From: Candidatus Bathyarchaeota archaeon
Lineage (GTDB): Archaea > Thermoproteota > Bathyarchaeia > 40CM-2-53-6 > RBG-13-38-9
Assembly: GCA_963807605.1 (NCBI GenBank)
Contig: CAWECG010000003.1
Span: 96,001 to 160,000 of the forward strand
DNA: 64,000 bases
Reading direction: 5' to 3'
The position numbers were made by a program, and so were the translations under genes. The stretch's first letter is position 1. Every line of letters begins with the position of its first letter. The notes beneath the pieces are model-generated. The model saw only the letters and a program-made list of their open reading frames with translations. It ran no database searches and was not told the origin of the DNA. This document shows positions 29,979-39,769 of this stretch, piece by piece.

Positions 29979-29994
29979 TAGTATGCATGGTGTT

Positions 29995-30702
29995 TTATTT
30001 TGGTAATGAAATGTGTTCGTTCACCGTGGCGCCGCCTTCTAGCGCGTGCTTCTGCCCCGTAACAATCAATCCTGTGGTCACGGTTCTTACTTCTGATCCG
30101 CTTAACCTTGTTTGACCGAGTATTGATTGGATCTCTTCAGGAACATAGGACGCGTTTATCGACGAGATTAGGCCGGGTCTTATTTCCCTTGGTTTCGTGA
30201 TAAAGTACATGAGCCACTTCATCAGCGGATTTAAGTCTCGACGGAGATCGCTGATCAGATACCTTCCTCCAGGTTTCAAGACCCTGTAGAGCTCGTCGAA
30301 TATCATATTCGGTTCCGACCATTCATGAAGTGAACCATTCGTAAACACACCATCGAAGGTGTTGTCTTCAAAAGGCATATTCCGTGCATCACCCTTTACG
30401 TATTTGATCCTGCCCTGCAATCCATATTCCTTGGCGTTCCTCTCTGCAATCTGTATCATGTCTGGACTGATTTCTAAAGCCTCTAGCTTTGTTCCATTCG
30501 TCTTCCTCAACCATTCGAGCCCCAGATAGCCGGGTCCAGGACCTACCTCAAGCGCCAAACCCTGCTCTATGCCTGTCTTGAGTACAAGGTCGGTCTCAAT
30601 CCAGCCTCTGTCTCTCATCCGCCTCATGAAACGATCGTAAGTTTCGACGTTGAATTCTCCTTGTATCCCCTCATTCGTCTCTACAATTCTAGGCTTTACC
30701 AC
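29995..30702 (-). CDS. Class I SAM-dependent methyltransferase
   Basis: LEVGPGPG, GDARNMPF and LKPGG; GTG start with GGAGG SD. Confidence 0.88.
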   Translation of the reverse strand: MVKPRIVETNEGIQGEFNVETYDRFMRRMRDRGWIETDLVLKTGIEQGLALEVGPGPGYLGLEWLRKTNGTKLEALEISPDMIQIAERNAKEYGLQGRIKYVKGDARNMPFEDNTFDGVFTNGSLHEWSEPNMIFDELYRVLKPGGRYLISDLRRDLNPLMKWLMYFITKPREIRPGLISSINASYVPEEIQSILGQTRLSGSEVRTVTTGLIVTGQKHALEGGATVNEHISLPK

Positions 30703-30746
30703 TGAAACTCCTCCCCTCTCATACACTACACGCGCACATAAATTAC

Positions 30747-32119
30747 CAAGAATTAGCAAGAAAGCTCCCTGCTTCAGCAGGGAGATGAATTACGCTCCAG
30801 ACAGAATGTTTGAGGTTTAAACGTCTGGCACTCCAATATTAATATTGGTAGTTTCATGCGGAGAACTAACACCTTCATCCTTGCCCCAACAATGGAGCAA
30901 GAAAGAACACTGAGGGATAGAGCTACCAACTGTGCTAAACTTTGGAACGAGGTAACCTACCGCAGAAGAGAGGCATACATGAACTATCAACCAATAGATT
31001 GGAGATGCAAAGACCTCTACCAGAAATATGCATCACTGATTGATTCAGCGACAGCACAGCAAATCATCAGGAAGAGCAACGAGGCTTGGAGAAGCTTCTT
31101 CGCATTGAAGCAGTTGAAGCGAGAGGGTAAACTCCCACCAAATATTGAGAGGGTTTGCTTGCCCGGCTACTGGAAGCGAGATGGAAAATACAAGCTAATG
31201 ATGGTTCTAAGAAACAACATCTATAGTGTAAAGGATGGAGCGATGAAGCTACCAAAGAAGTTGAAGATACCCATCCGAGGCAAGCCGAGATGGAGTGGGA
31301 AGCAGGGAAAGGCCGAGGTCATCTATGATGAGGTTGATGGGAAGTGGCGTGTCTTTCAGGCTGTAAAGGTTAGGCCATTATTCAAGCCGAGAGGCTCCAA
31401 GACATGCTACATCGACCCCGGCATAATCAACCTGTTCACCATCTGGCTTGAAGGATGGAGGCAACCGATAGCATACAGTGGGAGAAATCTACTCTCTGAT
31501 TGGTGGTACTGGAATAGGAGAATAGCGGATTGTCAGAGCATACTTGAGACAATCAACGGCAAGAAAAGTTCGAAGAGACTAAGCATCCTCTACAGGATGA
31601 GACAACGGAGATTCAGGCAAGCAGTCAACACCATGATAAGAAGCATGGTAAGAGACCTCTATGATCTCGGTGTTTCAAAGATTATGATAGGAGATCTGAC
31701 AGGCATCAGAGAGAACAATGGAGAGAATAGTCACAAGACCAACTCAATGATTCATAACTTCTGGAGTTTCAACTACATTGTTCAAAGGCTAAGGTGTACG
31801 GCACAGGAATATGGCATCCGAGTCAAAGAGGTCAGCGAATACAAGACCTCAAGCAGATGCATAAGATGCAGATCAGAGAACATTGAGAGAAAAGGAAGGC
31901 TCTTCAAATGCTTGGAGTGTGGGATGGAAGCTCACAGGGATGCTATTGGAGTCTTGAACATGGCAAACCTCTACGGAGGAACAGCTATCAGGGTGATGAC
32001 ACACCCTAACCTTCTAAAGTGGGATGGAATGAAGTGGGAGGCTAGAAGGCCTGTGAATACTGGACCGTTGAACACTATAGAAGCTAGAATCACCCGAGCT
32101 TCAACTGGGTGAGTGTCAA
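30747..32119 (+). mobile_element. IS200/IS605-family non-autonomous element (solo tnpB, IS1341-type)
   Basis: Left end: TTAC|...AAAG-CTCCCTGC-TTCA-GCAGGGAG hairpin. Right end: GAAT-CACCC...GGGTG...TCAA|. This matches the IS608 cleavage/guide pairs TTAC/AAAG and TCAA/GAAT. Confidence 0.85.
30856..32112 (+). CDS. tnpB: RNA-guided endonuclease TnpB
   Basis: N-terminal HTH region (CAKLWN), RuvC-I IDPG, TS..CIRC/CLECG zinc finger and RuvC-III HRD. Confidence 0.92.
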   Translation: MRRTNTFILAPTMEQERTLRDRATNCAKLWNEVTYRRREAYMNYQPIDWRCKDLYQKYASLIDSATAQQIIRKSNEAWRSFFALKQLKREGKLPPNIERVCLPGYWKRDGKYKLMMVLRNNIYSVKDGAMKLPKKLKIPIRGKPRWSGKQGKAEVIYDEVDGKWRVFQAVKVRPLFKPRGSKTCYIDPGIINLFTIWLEGWRQPIAYSGRNLLSDWWYWNRRIADCQSILETINGKKSSKRLSILYRMRQRRFRQAVNTMIRSMVRDLYDLGVSKIMIGDLTGIRENNGENSHKTNSMIHNFWSFNYIVQRLRCTAQEYGIRVKEVSEYKTSSRCIRCRSENIERKGRLFKCLECGMEAHRDAIGVLNMANLYGGTAIRVMTHPNLLKWDGMKWEARRPVNTGPLNTIEARITRASTG

Positions 32120-32139
32120 GAGCTGTTGTGCGAATATAC
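31950..32139 (+). ncRNA. Predicted TnpB omega/reRNA (5' boundary approximate) with guide from the right flank, GAGCTGTTGTGCGAATATAC
   Basis: Inferred from the known rule that the reRNA overlaps the tnpB 3' end and right end and takes its guide from the flank after TCAA. Confidence 0.5.
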
Positions 32140-32598
32140 GGAGATTCTCCAATTCCTAGAACCTTCGGGAACAATCGAACTAAAAGTTCGGATGGTGTGG
32201 GTGATGGCTTTGTCCATTTTTTTGCGCTCCTCCGGTATGAGTTTTCTAGGAGACGTAACTATCAACCTGCCTTTGCAGAAATGTTTGGGACCTATTGAGT
32301 ACACTTCAACTGTTTCTGCTCGGTATTGGTGACCATTACGTTGTTTCGTCCACATCTCAAGATCTCGTTCAATATTCTCCACACGCCGCCTACCCGTATC
32401 TGTAATGCTGTATTTTCCGTCTACTTTCCGAGCCATCGTGGGAATGAAACGCTTGAGGTGTTCTGCCAGCGTTCTGGAGGATACTGAAGACTTCTCCTGG
32501 AGTTCATTGAAGCCTATGGGTGTATCTTCTGAAGCCGGTCCGCTTAGCACTCGATATTCTGCCTTCAGGTGCTTCTGCATATTCGGTAGTCCTCTCAT
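32116..32598 (-). CDS. Winged-helix DNA-binding protein
   Basis: GFNELQ...VSSRTLAEHLK...KYSITDTG. Confidence 0.7.
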   Translation of the reverse strand: MRGLPNMQKHLKAEYRVLSGPASEDTPIGFNELQEKSSVSSRTLAEHLKRFIPTMARKVDGKYSITDTGRRRVENIERDLEMWTKQRNGHQYRAETVEVYSIGPKHFCKGRLIVTSPRKLIPEERKKMDKAITHTIRTFSSIVPEGSRNWRISVYSHNSS

Positions 32599-32655
32599 AT
32601 GTCAACCCTCCATTTCTCTACTTTTATCATCAAGTAAAGTAATAATGGAGGAATT

Positions 32656-33192
32656 GTGGATTTGACTGAACAAACCCTACCCAATAAATGGATTACTATT
32701 AATGATTGGGAGCGGAGCCTTGGATCTGCTGGCATGGATTGGCTAGTGAATACTGTGAACTATCTACATAAGACTGTCAACCTTCGACTTCGTCAGACTG
32801 CCATCGATATCTGGTGTGTAGGCAGAGTTCTAGCAAGGGAGAAGGAGTTGGTTGGGCATGGGAATTGGATGGACCACTGTAGGTGCTTTCACCCAGAGAT
32901 CTCTCTTGATTCAATCGAGCGCTACATGAAGGTGGGTCAGATCTCAACAGACCAACTGCCAGCCTTATTGGACAAGACACCACAGCAGGCTTATACGATG
33001 CTGAGCCTGGCCAGGAAGAGATCATCTCTCCCCGCCCAGCCAGTAAAACAGGATAGAAGCAAAGCAAATTCCGCATACATGCGGAATTTCGAGGAGCGCT
33101 CCTGGAAAAGCGCTCTGACCGAGTGTCCGTACTGTTATAGAAGAATCAAGTTTGAGACTCAAGGCACTTGCGTGATTGCGAGACGTTTGTAA
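32656..33192 (+). CDS. DUF3102-like (mobile-element associated) protein with C-terminal CPYC knuckle
   Basis: G..L...KE...HG.W.......S....RYM pattern. Confidence 0.6.
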   Translation: MDLTEQTLPNKWITINDWERSLGSAGMDWLVNTVNYLHKTVNLRLRQTAIDIWCVGRVLAREKELVGHGNWMDHCRCFHPEISLDSIERYMKVGQISTDQLPALLDKTPQQAYTMLSLARKRSSLPAQPVKQDRSKANSAYMRNFEERSWKSALTECPYCYRRIKFETQGTCVIARRL

Positions 33193-33329
33193 ACCCTGAG
33201 CCTTCAACATATGCTGGCAGGGCACGGTTGACTAGAACCGTCGAATGACCAATGGGACCTAGTTCGAGGAACTGCAACAAATATTTGAGCGCGCGCGTAA
33301 AAGGTTCCAATATTGGATGTGAACACATA

Positions 33330-34067
33330 ATGAGTCGTTGCGACGGCAGGGCCTGGAAGTCTCCTGTTCTAGTGGAAAAATATCTTAAATGGGTTAGGAA
33401 AGCCGTACCTTTGAGTCCAGTTCAAATTGAGATGATGATGAGAGTCATATCTTCCAGGGAAGGTGGTGTCCATAGCTTTCTAGATCTCGGTTGTGGGAAT
33501 GGGATACTCGCCGCTGCGATTCTTCATTGCTTTCCAAAAGCTAAGGGCGTATTGCTTGACTTCTCTCTTCCAATGATTGAAGCCGCTCAAAGGAAGCTCA
33601 GAACATTTTCGCGCGCGTTAGAATATGTAATTGCTGATTATGGGGATCCTGGATGGATAGATTCTGTTGCCAGCTCCGTTCCATTTGATGTCGTTGTGTC
33701 AGGCTTTTCAATCCATCATCAACAGGATCGCCGCAAACAAACACTCTACAACGAGATCTACAAGGTATTGAAGCCGGGTGGAATATTTCTGAATCTTGAT
33801 CATGTCTCCTCGCCCACAAAATGGGTGAAAACCCTCTTTGACAATTACTTTATTGATTCTCTTCATTCTGTACTTGCAAAGAAGGGGTTCCGGAGGAGTC
33901 GAGAGCAGATTGTGAGTGAGTATTATGAACGCCCCGACAAAGCAGCCAACATACTTGCACCAGTCGAGGTGCAATGCCATTGGCTTCGACAGATAGGGTT
34001 TGAGGATGTGGACTGTTACTTCAAGGTGTTTGAGTTGGCTCTCTTTGGTGGAAGACGACCACTATAG
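33330..34067 (+). CDS. Class I SAM-dependent methyltransferase (CmoA-like)
   Basis: LDLGCGNG, FSIHH, LKPGG and C-terminal GF.DVDCYFK. Confidence 0.88.
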   Translation: MSRCDGRAWKSPVLVEKYLKWVRKAVPLSPVQIEMMMRVISSREGGVHSFLDLGCGNGILAAAILHCFPKAKGVLLDFSLPMIEAAQRKLRTFSRALEYVIADYGDPGWIDSVASSVPFDVVVSGFSIHHQQDRRKQTLYNEIYKVLKPGGIFLNLDHVSSPTKWVKTLFDNYFIDSLHSVLAKKGFRRSREQIVSEYYERPDKAANILAPVEVQCHWLRQIGFEDVDCYFKVFELALFGGRRPL

Positions 34068-34107
34068 CGCCGGCAGAAGTGGAGGGCAATACGCGACGTT
34101 ATGGTGA

Positions 34108-34473
34108 TCAACACGTAATATGAAAGAGGCCTATCACTCCACCCTTGGCTTTATTCCATACTTGGATTGCCTCAGGTGTAGGCAACAAGTCTACTTGGCA
34201 ATTCTTTCGCCGGAAGTAGTCAGCCGTTTCATCTGAAAGTCTTACCATGTCGCTTTGCCCCGTGCCTATGATTAGGCGTTCCGCCTCCCCTTCGTAGACG
34301 TATTTAGCTTCATCGAGAGAAATCGTGTGCGAGGTGCCGTAAACCGCCTTGGATAGCTTTTTCTTACGCTTTTTCGTCTTACCATCCAGCCGAATAATGA
34401 CATCATGCTCGAATACTTGCCCTTCAATGGTGATCGAGCCAAATTTTGTTTCATCGATTCGAGGCTTCATCAC
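34108..34473 (-). CDS. Mth938-like (DUF498) protein
   Basis: FGSITI.G, IIGTG, TPEA and FHITC. Confidence 0.85.
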   Translation of the reverse strand: MMKPRIDETKFGSITIEGQVFEHDVIIRLDGKTKKRKKKLSKAVYGTSHTISLDEAKYVYEGEAERLIIGTGQSDMVRLSDETADYFRRKNCQVDLLPTPEAIQVWNKAKGGVIGLFHITC

Positions 34474-34625
34474 ATTCCCTTCCCTTTACACTCTACGTGC
34501 GCCTAGTTATTCATGTCCCCTCGCTGAGCGCGGTAGACACAATTACTATAGTCGCTCGCTAGCCAAGAAGGCCGATGATGACTAAATTGCGGTCAACCAT
34601 GTTGGATCATTTTTGCAGTAGTGTG

Positions 34626-35585
34626 CTATATTGAAAGAAACGTCCTTACCAAAGTAAAGGCAAGGATGCAACTCAGAAGGGTTGAGATCGTCGCTCCAGA
34701 TAAGATGACATATACTGTCCGTCTGTTTATCATAGCTATTTGCTTGGTTAAAGCCGCGCCAATAATGCTGCCCATCAACACATGAGTGATTGACATGGGT
34801 ATTCCCCATTGTGTGAGAATCCACACTAGCGTCGCGCTCACAGTCATACTTGTGAACACCCCTTGAGGACTTAAGACAATAAACTTCTCTCCGACCGACT
34901 TTGTTATTGTCTGACCGAGTAGAAAAATCCCCAGAATAGTCGATGCTGAAATTATCAGTATCACTATCGCTTGATATGACTGGGATACAAGAGGACCGTA
35001 CAGTCCATTTATGAATCCAACGTTATTCGCGCCTAATGCATAAGACACTACAAATATTCCCAGCACTACGCTGAGTTGAGTCACTAGATCGGCAATGGAG
35101 AGACTAAGTCTTGAAACAGTGACTACCACAAGTCGATATACGAACATGGTAAGAATGCCCGAGAGTAAAGGAAGCAAGAGCCATGATGCCACAACAACCA
35201 TCAGATAGTTTACTTGAAGGGCCAGATTCAACCCGATAATCGCACCTACTGATGCCCCCACAGCCAGTAGAGAAAGGCTAGAGGGAACGTGTATCATCGA
35301 GAATGCAAACAGAACCACAATGCTCGTCAAGAGGGTTGCGAGTACTATCGCCGTATTGATGGTCGAAGATGACGATTCAGAACTCATCAGACCCCCAAAC
35401 AGAGTATGACTCATCTTCGCACCTTCCATTAAGGCTCCAGCCATAACGCCCAGTCCTGCCATTATTCTGCCTCTGCTATATCCCAGGACTCCAGACCCGT
35501 AAGAAGCGGTAATGATCATCCCCGAATTATTCCAGCCCATGAGAAAGCCCAATATTGAACCGATCACAATTAAGATGTAAAACAC
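34626..35585 (-). CDS. PiT-family inorganic phosphate transporter
   Basis: Multi-pass membrane protein with GWNN/GANN signatures and GIPMSITH. Confidence 0.85.
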   Translation of the reverse strand: MFYILIVIGSILGFLMGWNNSGMIITASYGSGVLGYSRGRIMAGLGVMAGALMEGAKMSHTLFGGLMSSESSSSTINTAIVLATLLTSIVVLFAFSMIHVPSSLSLLAVGASVGAIIGLNLALQVNYLMVVVASWLLLPLLSGILTMFVYRLVVVTVSRLSLSIADLVTQLSVVLGIFVVSYALGANNVGFINGLYGPLVSQSYQAIVILIISASTILGIFLLGQTITKSVGEKFIVLSPQGVFTSMTVSATLVWILTQWGIPMSITHVLMGSIIGAALTKQIAMINRRTVYVILSGATISTLLSCILAFTLVRTFLSI

Positions 35586-36278
35586 TTATCCATAACCTCG
35601 GATAATGAGGATAAATATCAAGTCACCTGCGTCCTTCGCGTTATCCGCTATTTGATCTGTAACATTAACAAAATTCCCTAATTGTATTATTCCAAGGGTA
35701 TCTCTGTTTTCAGATTTGCTGAAAAGGCTAGTCAAAAGGCGCGATTTGTATGCGTCTGCATCTTCCTCGACCTGCTTTATTTTATGCGTTCTTTCATAAG
35801 CTGTTTGTCTGTTTATGTTCAATCCTTTCACAGCAAAGTCCAAAGCATAGACCGTATCTCTGCACAGACTTAAAAATTTAACAAGATCATTTGTCCTAGT
35901 CAGACATTCAACGGTTGTTTTGTCGGGTTGCTCTTGAGTTAAGGTCGCCATTGCGTCTTTTGCAGTATCTGCGATGTCATCAATCTTGTTAATCAATTGG
36001 ATCAGTTCACTGAATATGCCTCCGAAATAGGAGCCCTCGCTAATCTTTTTGATGATGGATCTTTGTACTTCGTCAGCTTCATTTTCGAGAACATTCAATA
36101 CTCCGCCTATTCGATCCAGTTCCTGCCAATCCATGCGCTGTATTGGCTCGCAAATGCTCACCATCCGGTCTGCCATTTCCCTTACAATTTCTAAATGTCC
36201 TTCGATAAGATCGAATACAATATTCCTGCGATTGAGGGATTTGATCCATCTCATCATGCGCCTCACCAGCCATTTCAA
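35586..36278 (-). CDS. DUF47 (PhoU-like) phosphate transport regulator
   Basis: Duplicated E..AD and D.IAD helices; abuts the PiT gene. Confidence 0.85.
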   Translation of the reverse strand: MKWLVRRMMRWIKSLNRRNIVFDLIEGHLEIVREMADRMVSICEPIQRMDWQELDRIGGVLNVLENEADEVQRSIIKKISEGSYFGGIFSELIQLINKIDDIADTAKDAMATLTQEQPDKTTVECLTRTNDLVKFLSLCRDTVYALDFAVKGLNINRQTAYERTHKIKQVEEDADAYKSRLLTSLFSKSENRDTLGIIQLGNFVNVTDQIADNAKDAGDLIFILIIRGYG

Positions 36279-36367
36279 TGAACAACAGGGTCGTGTCTGT
36301 CACACATACTATAAACGGGCGCACACGTTACTGTCGCTATGGAGACTACCTTATAGTCCTCTGAGGC

Positions 36368-37177
36368 TTAATCTGGAATAACTATTTCATCAGCTGCCTT
36401 CTCTAGTTTGGGATAAGAGGGTTTCATCGCCTCTAGAGTTTCAACTATGATCTCACCGACAACAGAGTTGCGGTACCAATTATGATTGGCGGGGATAATG
36501 TGCCAAGGGGCATAAGAGGTGTGACATTCGGTAAGCATGCCTTCGAATGCTTTCACATAATCATCCCAGAGCTCACGCTCTTTAACATCGTTTGCGGAGA
36601 ACTTCCAATTCTTGTGAGGCGTCTGTCGCCGATCTTCTAATCGAACCTTCTGTTCGTCCTTTGAAATGTGTAAGAATAACTTCAGGATTGTTGTACCATT
36701 TTCTACGAGGTCACGCTCGAATTCGTTTATCATTCCATAACGCTTCCTCCATACTTTCTCAGGTACTAAATTGTGAACTCTTACAACGAGAACATCTTCG
36801 TATTGGGATCGATTGAATATGCCAATGAACCCCTTCTGGGGCACTTTTTGATGAATTCGCCATAGAAAATCATGAGATAATTCCTCAACTGAGGGCTGTT
36901 TGAAACTCGTTACTTGGACGCCTTGTGGGTTCACGCCACGAAAGATATGGCGGATCGTTCCATCTTTTCCGCCCGTATCGATCGCCTGCAGGATCACTAG
37001 AAGCGATTGCTTTCCTTCAGCATAGAGTGTCTCTTGGAGACGGTCCAATTTTTCTAGATTTTTTGTTAGTCTGGGCTCTATTTCATCTTTTTTCTTATAC
37101 GATCCTGTATAATTGGGATCATAGTCCTTAAGGGAGACTTTTTTATTGAAGGGAGGCACTATCGGTTGCTGAGGCAT
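36368..37177 (-). CDS. ppk2: Polyphosphate kinase 2 (probably class III)
   Basis: QAIDTGGKDG Walker A, HDFLWR and FNRSQYEDV. Confidence 0.92.
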   Translation of the reverse strand: MPQQPIVPPFNKKVSLKDYDPNYTGSYKKKDEIEPRLTKNLEKLDRLQETLYAEGKQSLLVILQAIDTGGKDGTIRHIFRGVNPQGVQVTSFKQPSVEELSHDFLWRIHQKVPQKGFIGIFNRSQYEDVLVVRVHNLVPEKVWRKRYGMINEFERDLVENGTTILKLFLHISKDEQKVRLEDRRQTPHKNWKFSANDVKERELWDDYVKAFEGMLTECHTSYAPWHIIPANHNWYRNSVVGEIIVETLEAMKPSYPKLEKAADEIVIPD

Positions 37178-37343
37178 AAGAGAATTCCTTCTGTTCTCTT
37201 ATTTAATTTTATTCTCGACAATTTGAACGACTATTCACACGACCGCGTTTCGCCTACGTTGTTGCAGTGAACCTCTTTCTATCTCTATTGTAGATGCTCT
37301 AGCGCGCGCTGGAACGATACTGGGATAAGTCCTTGCAAGGATT

Positions 37344-37667
37344 CTATTTCTTTTGTTCCCTTGCAGTAGCCAGATGGAGGCAGTATATTCCTAGTGCGAA
37401 GCTTCCTATCGAGAACACACCGATCGAGAATATGCCAATTGCAAAGATACCTATCGAGAAGATGCCTGCGGCGAAGATTCCAACTGAAAAAATGCCTGCG
37501 GCAAACACTCCTATCGCGAAGTTTCCAGCTGCAAGGTATCCAGCCGCGAACTGTCCAGCATCAGCAAGAGGGAGTCCACCTATTGTATAGACACCTGCAA
37601 GTCTAAGGACAAGGGCGATTAATAGAAGGACTACAGCCACAATTCCAGTAACGCTTTCCCACCTCAT
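37344..37667 (-). CDS. Small membrane protein with about 12 tandem [AS]xGxF pentapeptides
   Basis: DAGQF AAGYL AAGNF AIGVF AAGIF SVGIF AAGIF SIGIF AIGIF SIGVF SIGSF ALGIY. Confidence 0.75.
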   Translation of the reverse strand: MRWESVTGIVAVVLLLIALVLRLAGVYTIGGLPLADAGQFAAGYLAAGNFAIGVFAAGIFSVGIFAAGIFSIGIFAIGIFSIGVFSIGSFALGIYCLHLATAREQKK

Positions 37668-37803
37668 GTTTCATCGTACCCCAAACTTGAAGGGATCTTT
37701 AGGAGTTATATCATTTTGCCATATGAATTCTATTGGCCATACTGAGTTCTCTAAGAGATTTCTGATAAGACTCCTACGCGCGCGTACTAATTGAGCGTGC
37801 ATT

Positions 37804-38214
37804 TCACATTCGCGAGTTGACATCTTCGAGTAATTTCGTAACCTTTCTTTCTATCTCGTCTCTTATCTCCCGGACCTTTTCTATCGGCAGTCCTTTCGGG
37901 TCTTCGAGATGCCAGTCCGTCACTTTTTTGAAGAGGGGTGCCGGACATATTTTCTCAACACTGCATCCCATCGTTATAACCTGGTCAGCTTCTTCCACCA
38001 TCTTGGGGGTTAGCAGCTTAGGCGCGTTCGAGGATATGTCAATTCCCCTCTCTTTCATAACCTCAACCACAATGGGATTCACCTTCTCAGCCAATCTAAC
38101 GCCGGCGCTCGAAGCGATCACCTTGCCTTTTCCATATTGGTTTGCGAAAGCCTCAGCCATTTGGCTCCTGCCAGCATTCTCAACACAGACGAATAACATT
38201 CGTTTCATGTCCAT
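37804..38214 (-). CDS. arsC: Arsenate reductase, thioredoxin-coupled LMW-PTP type
   Basis: CVENAGRSQMAE P-loop, CSVEKICP redox pair and W.LEDP. Confidence 0.88.
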   Translation of the reverse strand: MDMKRMLFVCVENAGRSQMAEAFANQYGKGKVIASSAGVRLAEKVNPIVVEVMKERGIDISSNAPKLLTPKMVEEADQVITMGCSVEKICPAPLFKKVTDWHLEDPKGLPIEKVREIRDEIERKVTKLLEDVNSRM

Positions 38215-38255
38215 GCCATTTCCCTGCGTTCCAAGAATATGAGTGACGTTTGGTC

Positions 38256-38618
38256 CTACGCTCGTTTCCGCGTATACATACCGGTTAGGCATGTCGCCAC
38301 AAAGATCAAGACGAAAGGAATCCACGTTCCCAAAAGACTATCGAACATTCCAAGATTCTTGTTGACTAGTAGAGCTACAACAAAGAGGTCCGAAAGAATC
38401 ACAAAAGCGACAAATATGATTGCAGTCTGTAGCGGAGCAGTATAGCTGTATCTATTGAAGTAAACAAAAGATATTGCCACGGCAATGATTGGTGCAGCAA
38501 TTGCATGAATTATAATGGCATTCTGTAGAGACGTAATTTCCATGCCAATGCCCATAGTCATCCCGCAAAGCGCCCAAATTGCAAATGCAAATAATAGGAC
38601 AACGACAACCTTCCTCAT
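38256..38618 (-). CDS. Four-TM membrane protein
   Basis: Four hydrophobic segments in 120 aa. Confidence 0.7.
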   Translation of the reverse strand: MRKVVVVLLFAFAIWALCGMTMGIGMEITSLQNAIIIHAIAAPIIAVAISFVYFNRYSYTAPLQTAIIFVAFVILSDLFVVALLVNKNLGMFDSLLGTWIPFVLIFVATCLTGMYTRKRA

Positions 38619-39088
38619 CGTCTTCTCCCGAAGTTTCAGTAATGAAAAAGGCTTATGAATCTTTCCTTGTGCTCAGGGCCTATGTGCCTCACATAGATTC
38701 ATATAATTACACATACTGTCTTTGTACAAGTTATTTATTGCGCTTGTGCGTTTTTTCTTACTGTATGTGCGTTCAAATCTTTGGTGTGTGTATGCAAAAT
38801 GAAAAATATTCAAAAGATAAGAGAAACCTTCAGACTTCACCGATCGTCTCTCAGTAAGCTCCTTGAAACTCTCAAAATGCGTGCTCGGTTTGTGGGTAAA
38901 GAATGAAGAAAGAGATAAACAAATGCCCTAGGTGTCATACAGAGCTCGTCAGAAAGGCCTGGATAGCAGATTATACTGCTATTCTTGCAGACACATGTGA
39001 CCAATGCGGGTATACTGCGAAAATAAGATCCTTAGTGTATACTTGATTCCCTCCTGTATATGTGTCAAACTCAAGGCGGTGTAAAATC

Positions 39089-39390
39089 ATGACCCAAAAG
39101 GGGAGTATTCTATCAAAAATCTTTGCCGAAAACGTGTTCTACTTTTATGTTGATGTTGGTGTCTACGCAGATAGATATGCGACAAACCTAACAGATTTCT
39201 ATGATGCTTAGGGAGATGTCGACATCAGATCTACTGAATTCCACATGGGAAGAGGCGACTCTTAAAAGTGGATCAACTCTCTCGCAGAGTACGCGTTAGC
39301 AAAGGAGATTTTGAGGCTCACAAAAAAGGCATTAGGTGGAGAAAGCCTAACGTGTGAAACTCCGTGATACAGTTAACAAGAGACAAGCAA
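39089..39390 (+). pseudogene. DUF5752-like pseudogene
   Basis: MTQKGSIL...FYFYVDVGVY..RYATNLTDFYDA*GDVDIRSTEFHMGRGDS*KWINSL; in-frame stops at 39209 and 39263. Confidence 0.7.
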
Positions 39391-39769
39391 TAGATCTTTG
39401 CGCTAAATGCAGCGTAACACGTCATCGGCAGATTTCTTCGGCAAACGTCGACAAAATATTCAGCAACAATATTCTTATTTTGTGCTGCGTCAGGCCAGTG
39501 CGCGCATATGAATTACTGTATGCATATAGATGCATCAATACTATGTGGCTAGAGCTTATGAAAGTGCCAGTGGCGTTATTATTCCACAATTGGAACTGGC
39601 GTCATAGGAGGTAGTTGAGGTTTGAACAGGTTGCTGATATGTCTTGGAGTCTGTGAGCACATTATCCTAACTGATCAGATTGAAGATGGATTCTGCCCTC
39701 GCTGCCAAAGTACCTTAGAGAGCCCTTTTGCTAGCCATAAATCCAGTCTTCATCCCGCGGATTTGTCAG

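Noticed and set aside
37333-37590. Plus-strand KIP/KMP repeat ORF or a CRISPR-like repeat
   Set aside because: It is the antisense mirror of the pentapeptide gene; the 15-nt units are degenerate and have no spacers.
27700-38620. Integron cassette array
   Set aside because: The genes are in mixed orientation, I found no convincing paired RYYYAAC/GTTRRRY attC sites, and there is no integrase.
39089-39390. Pyrrolysine or selenocysteine readthrough
   Set aside because: One of the two stops is TAA and a frameshift follows, which fits decay.
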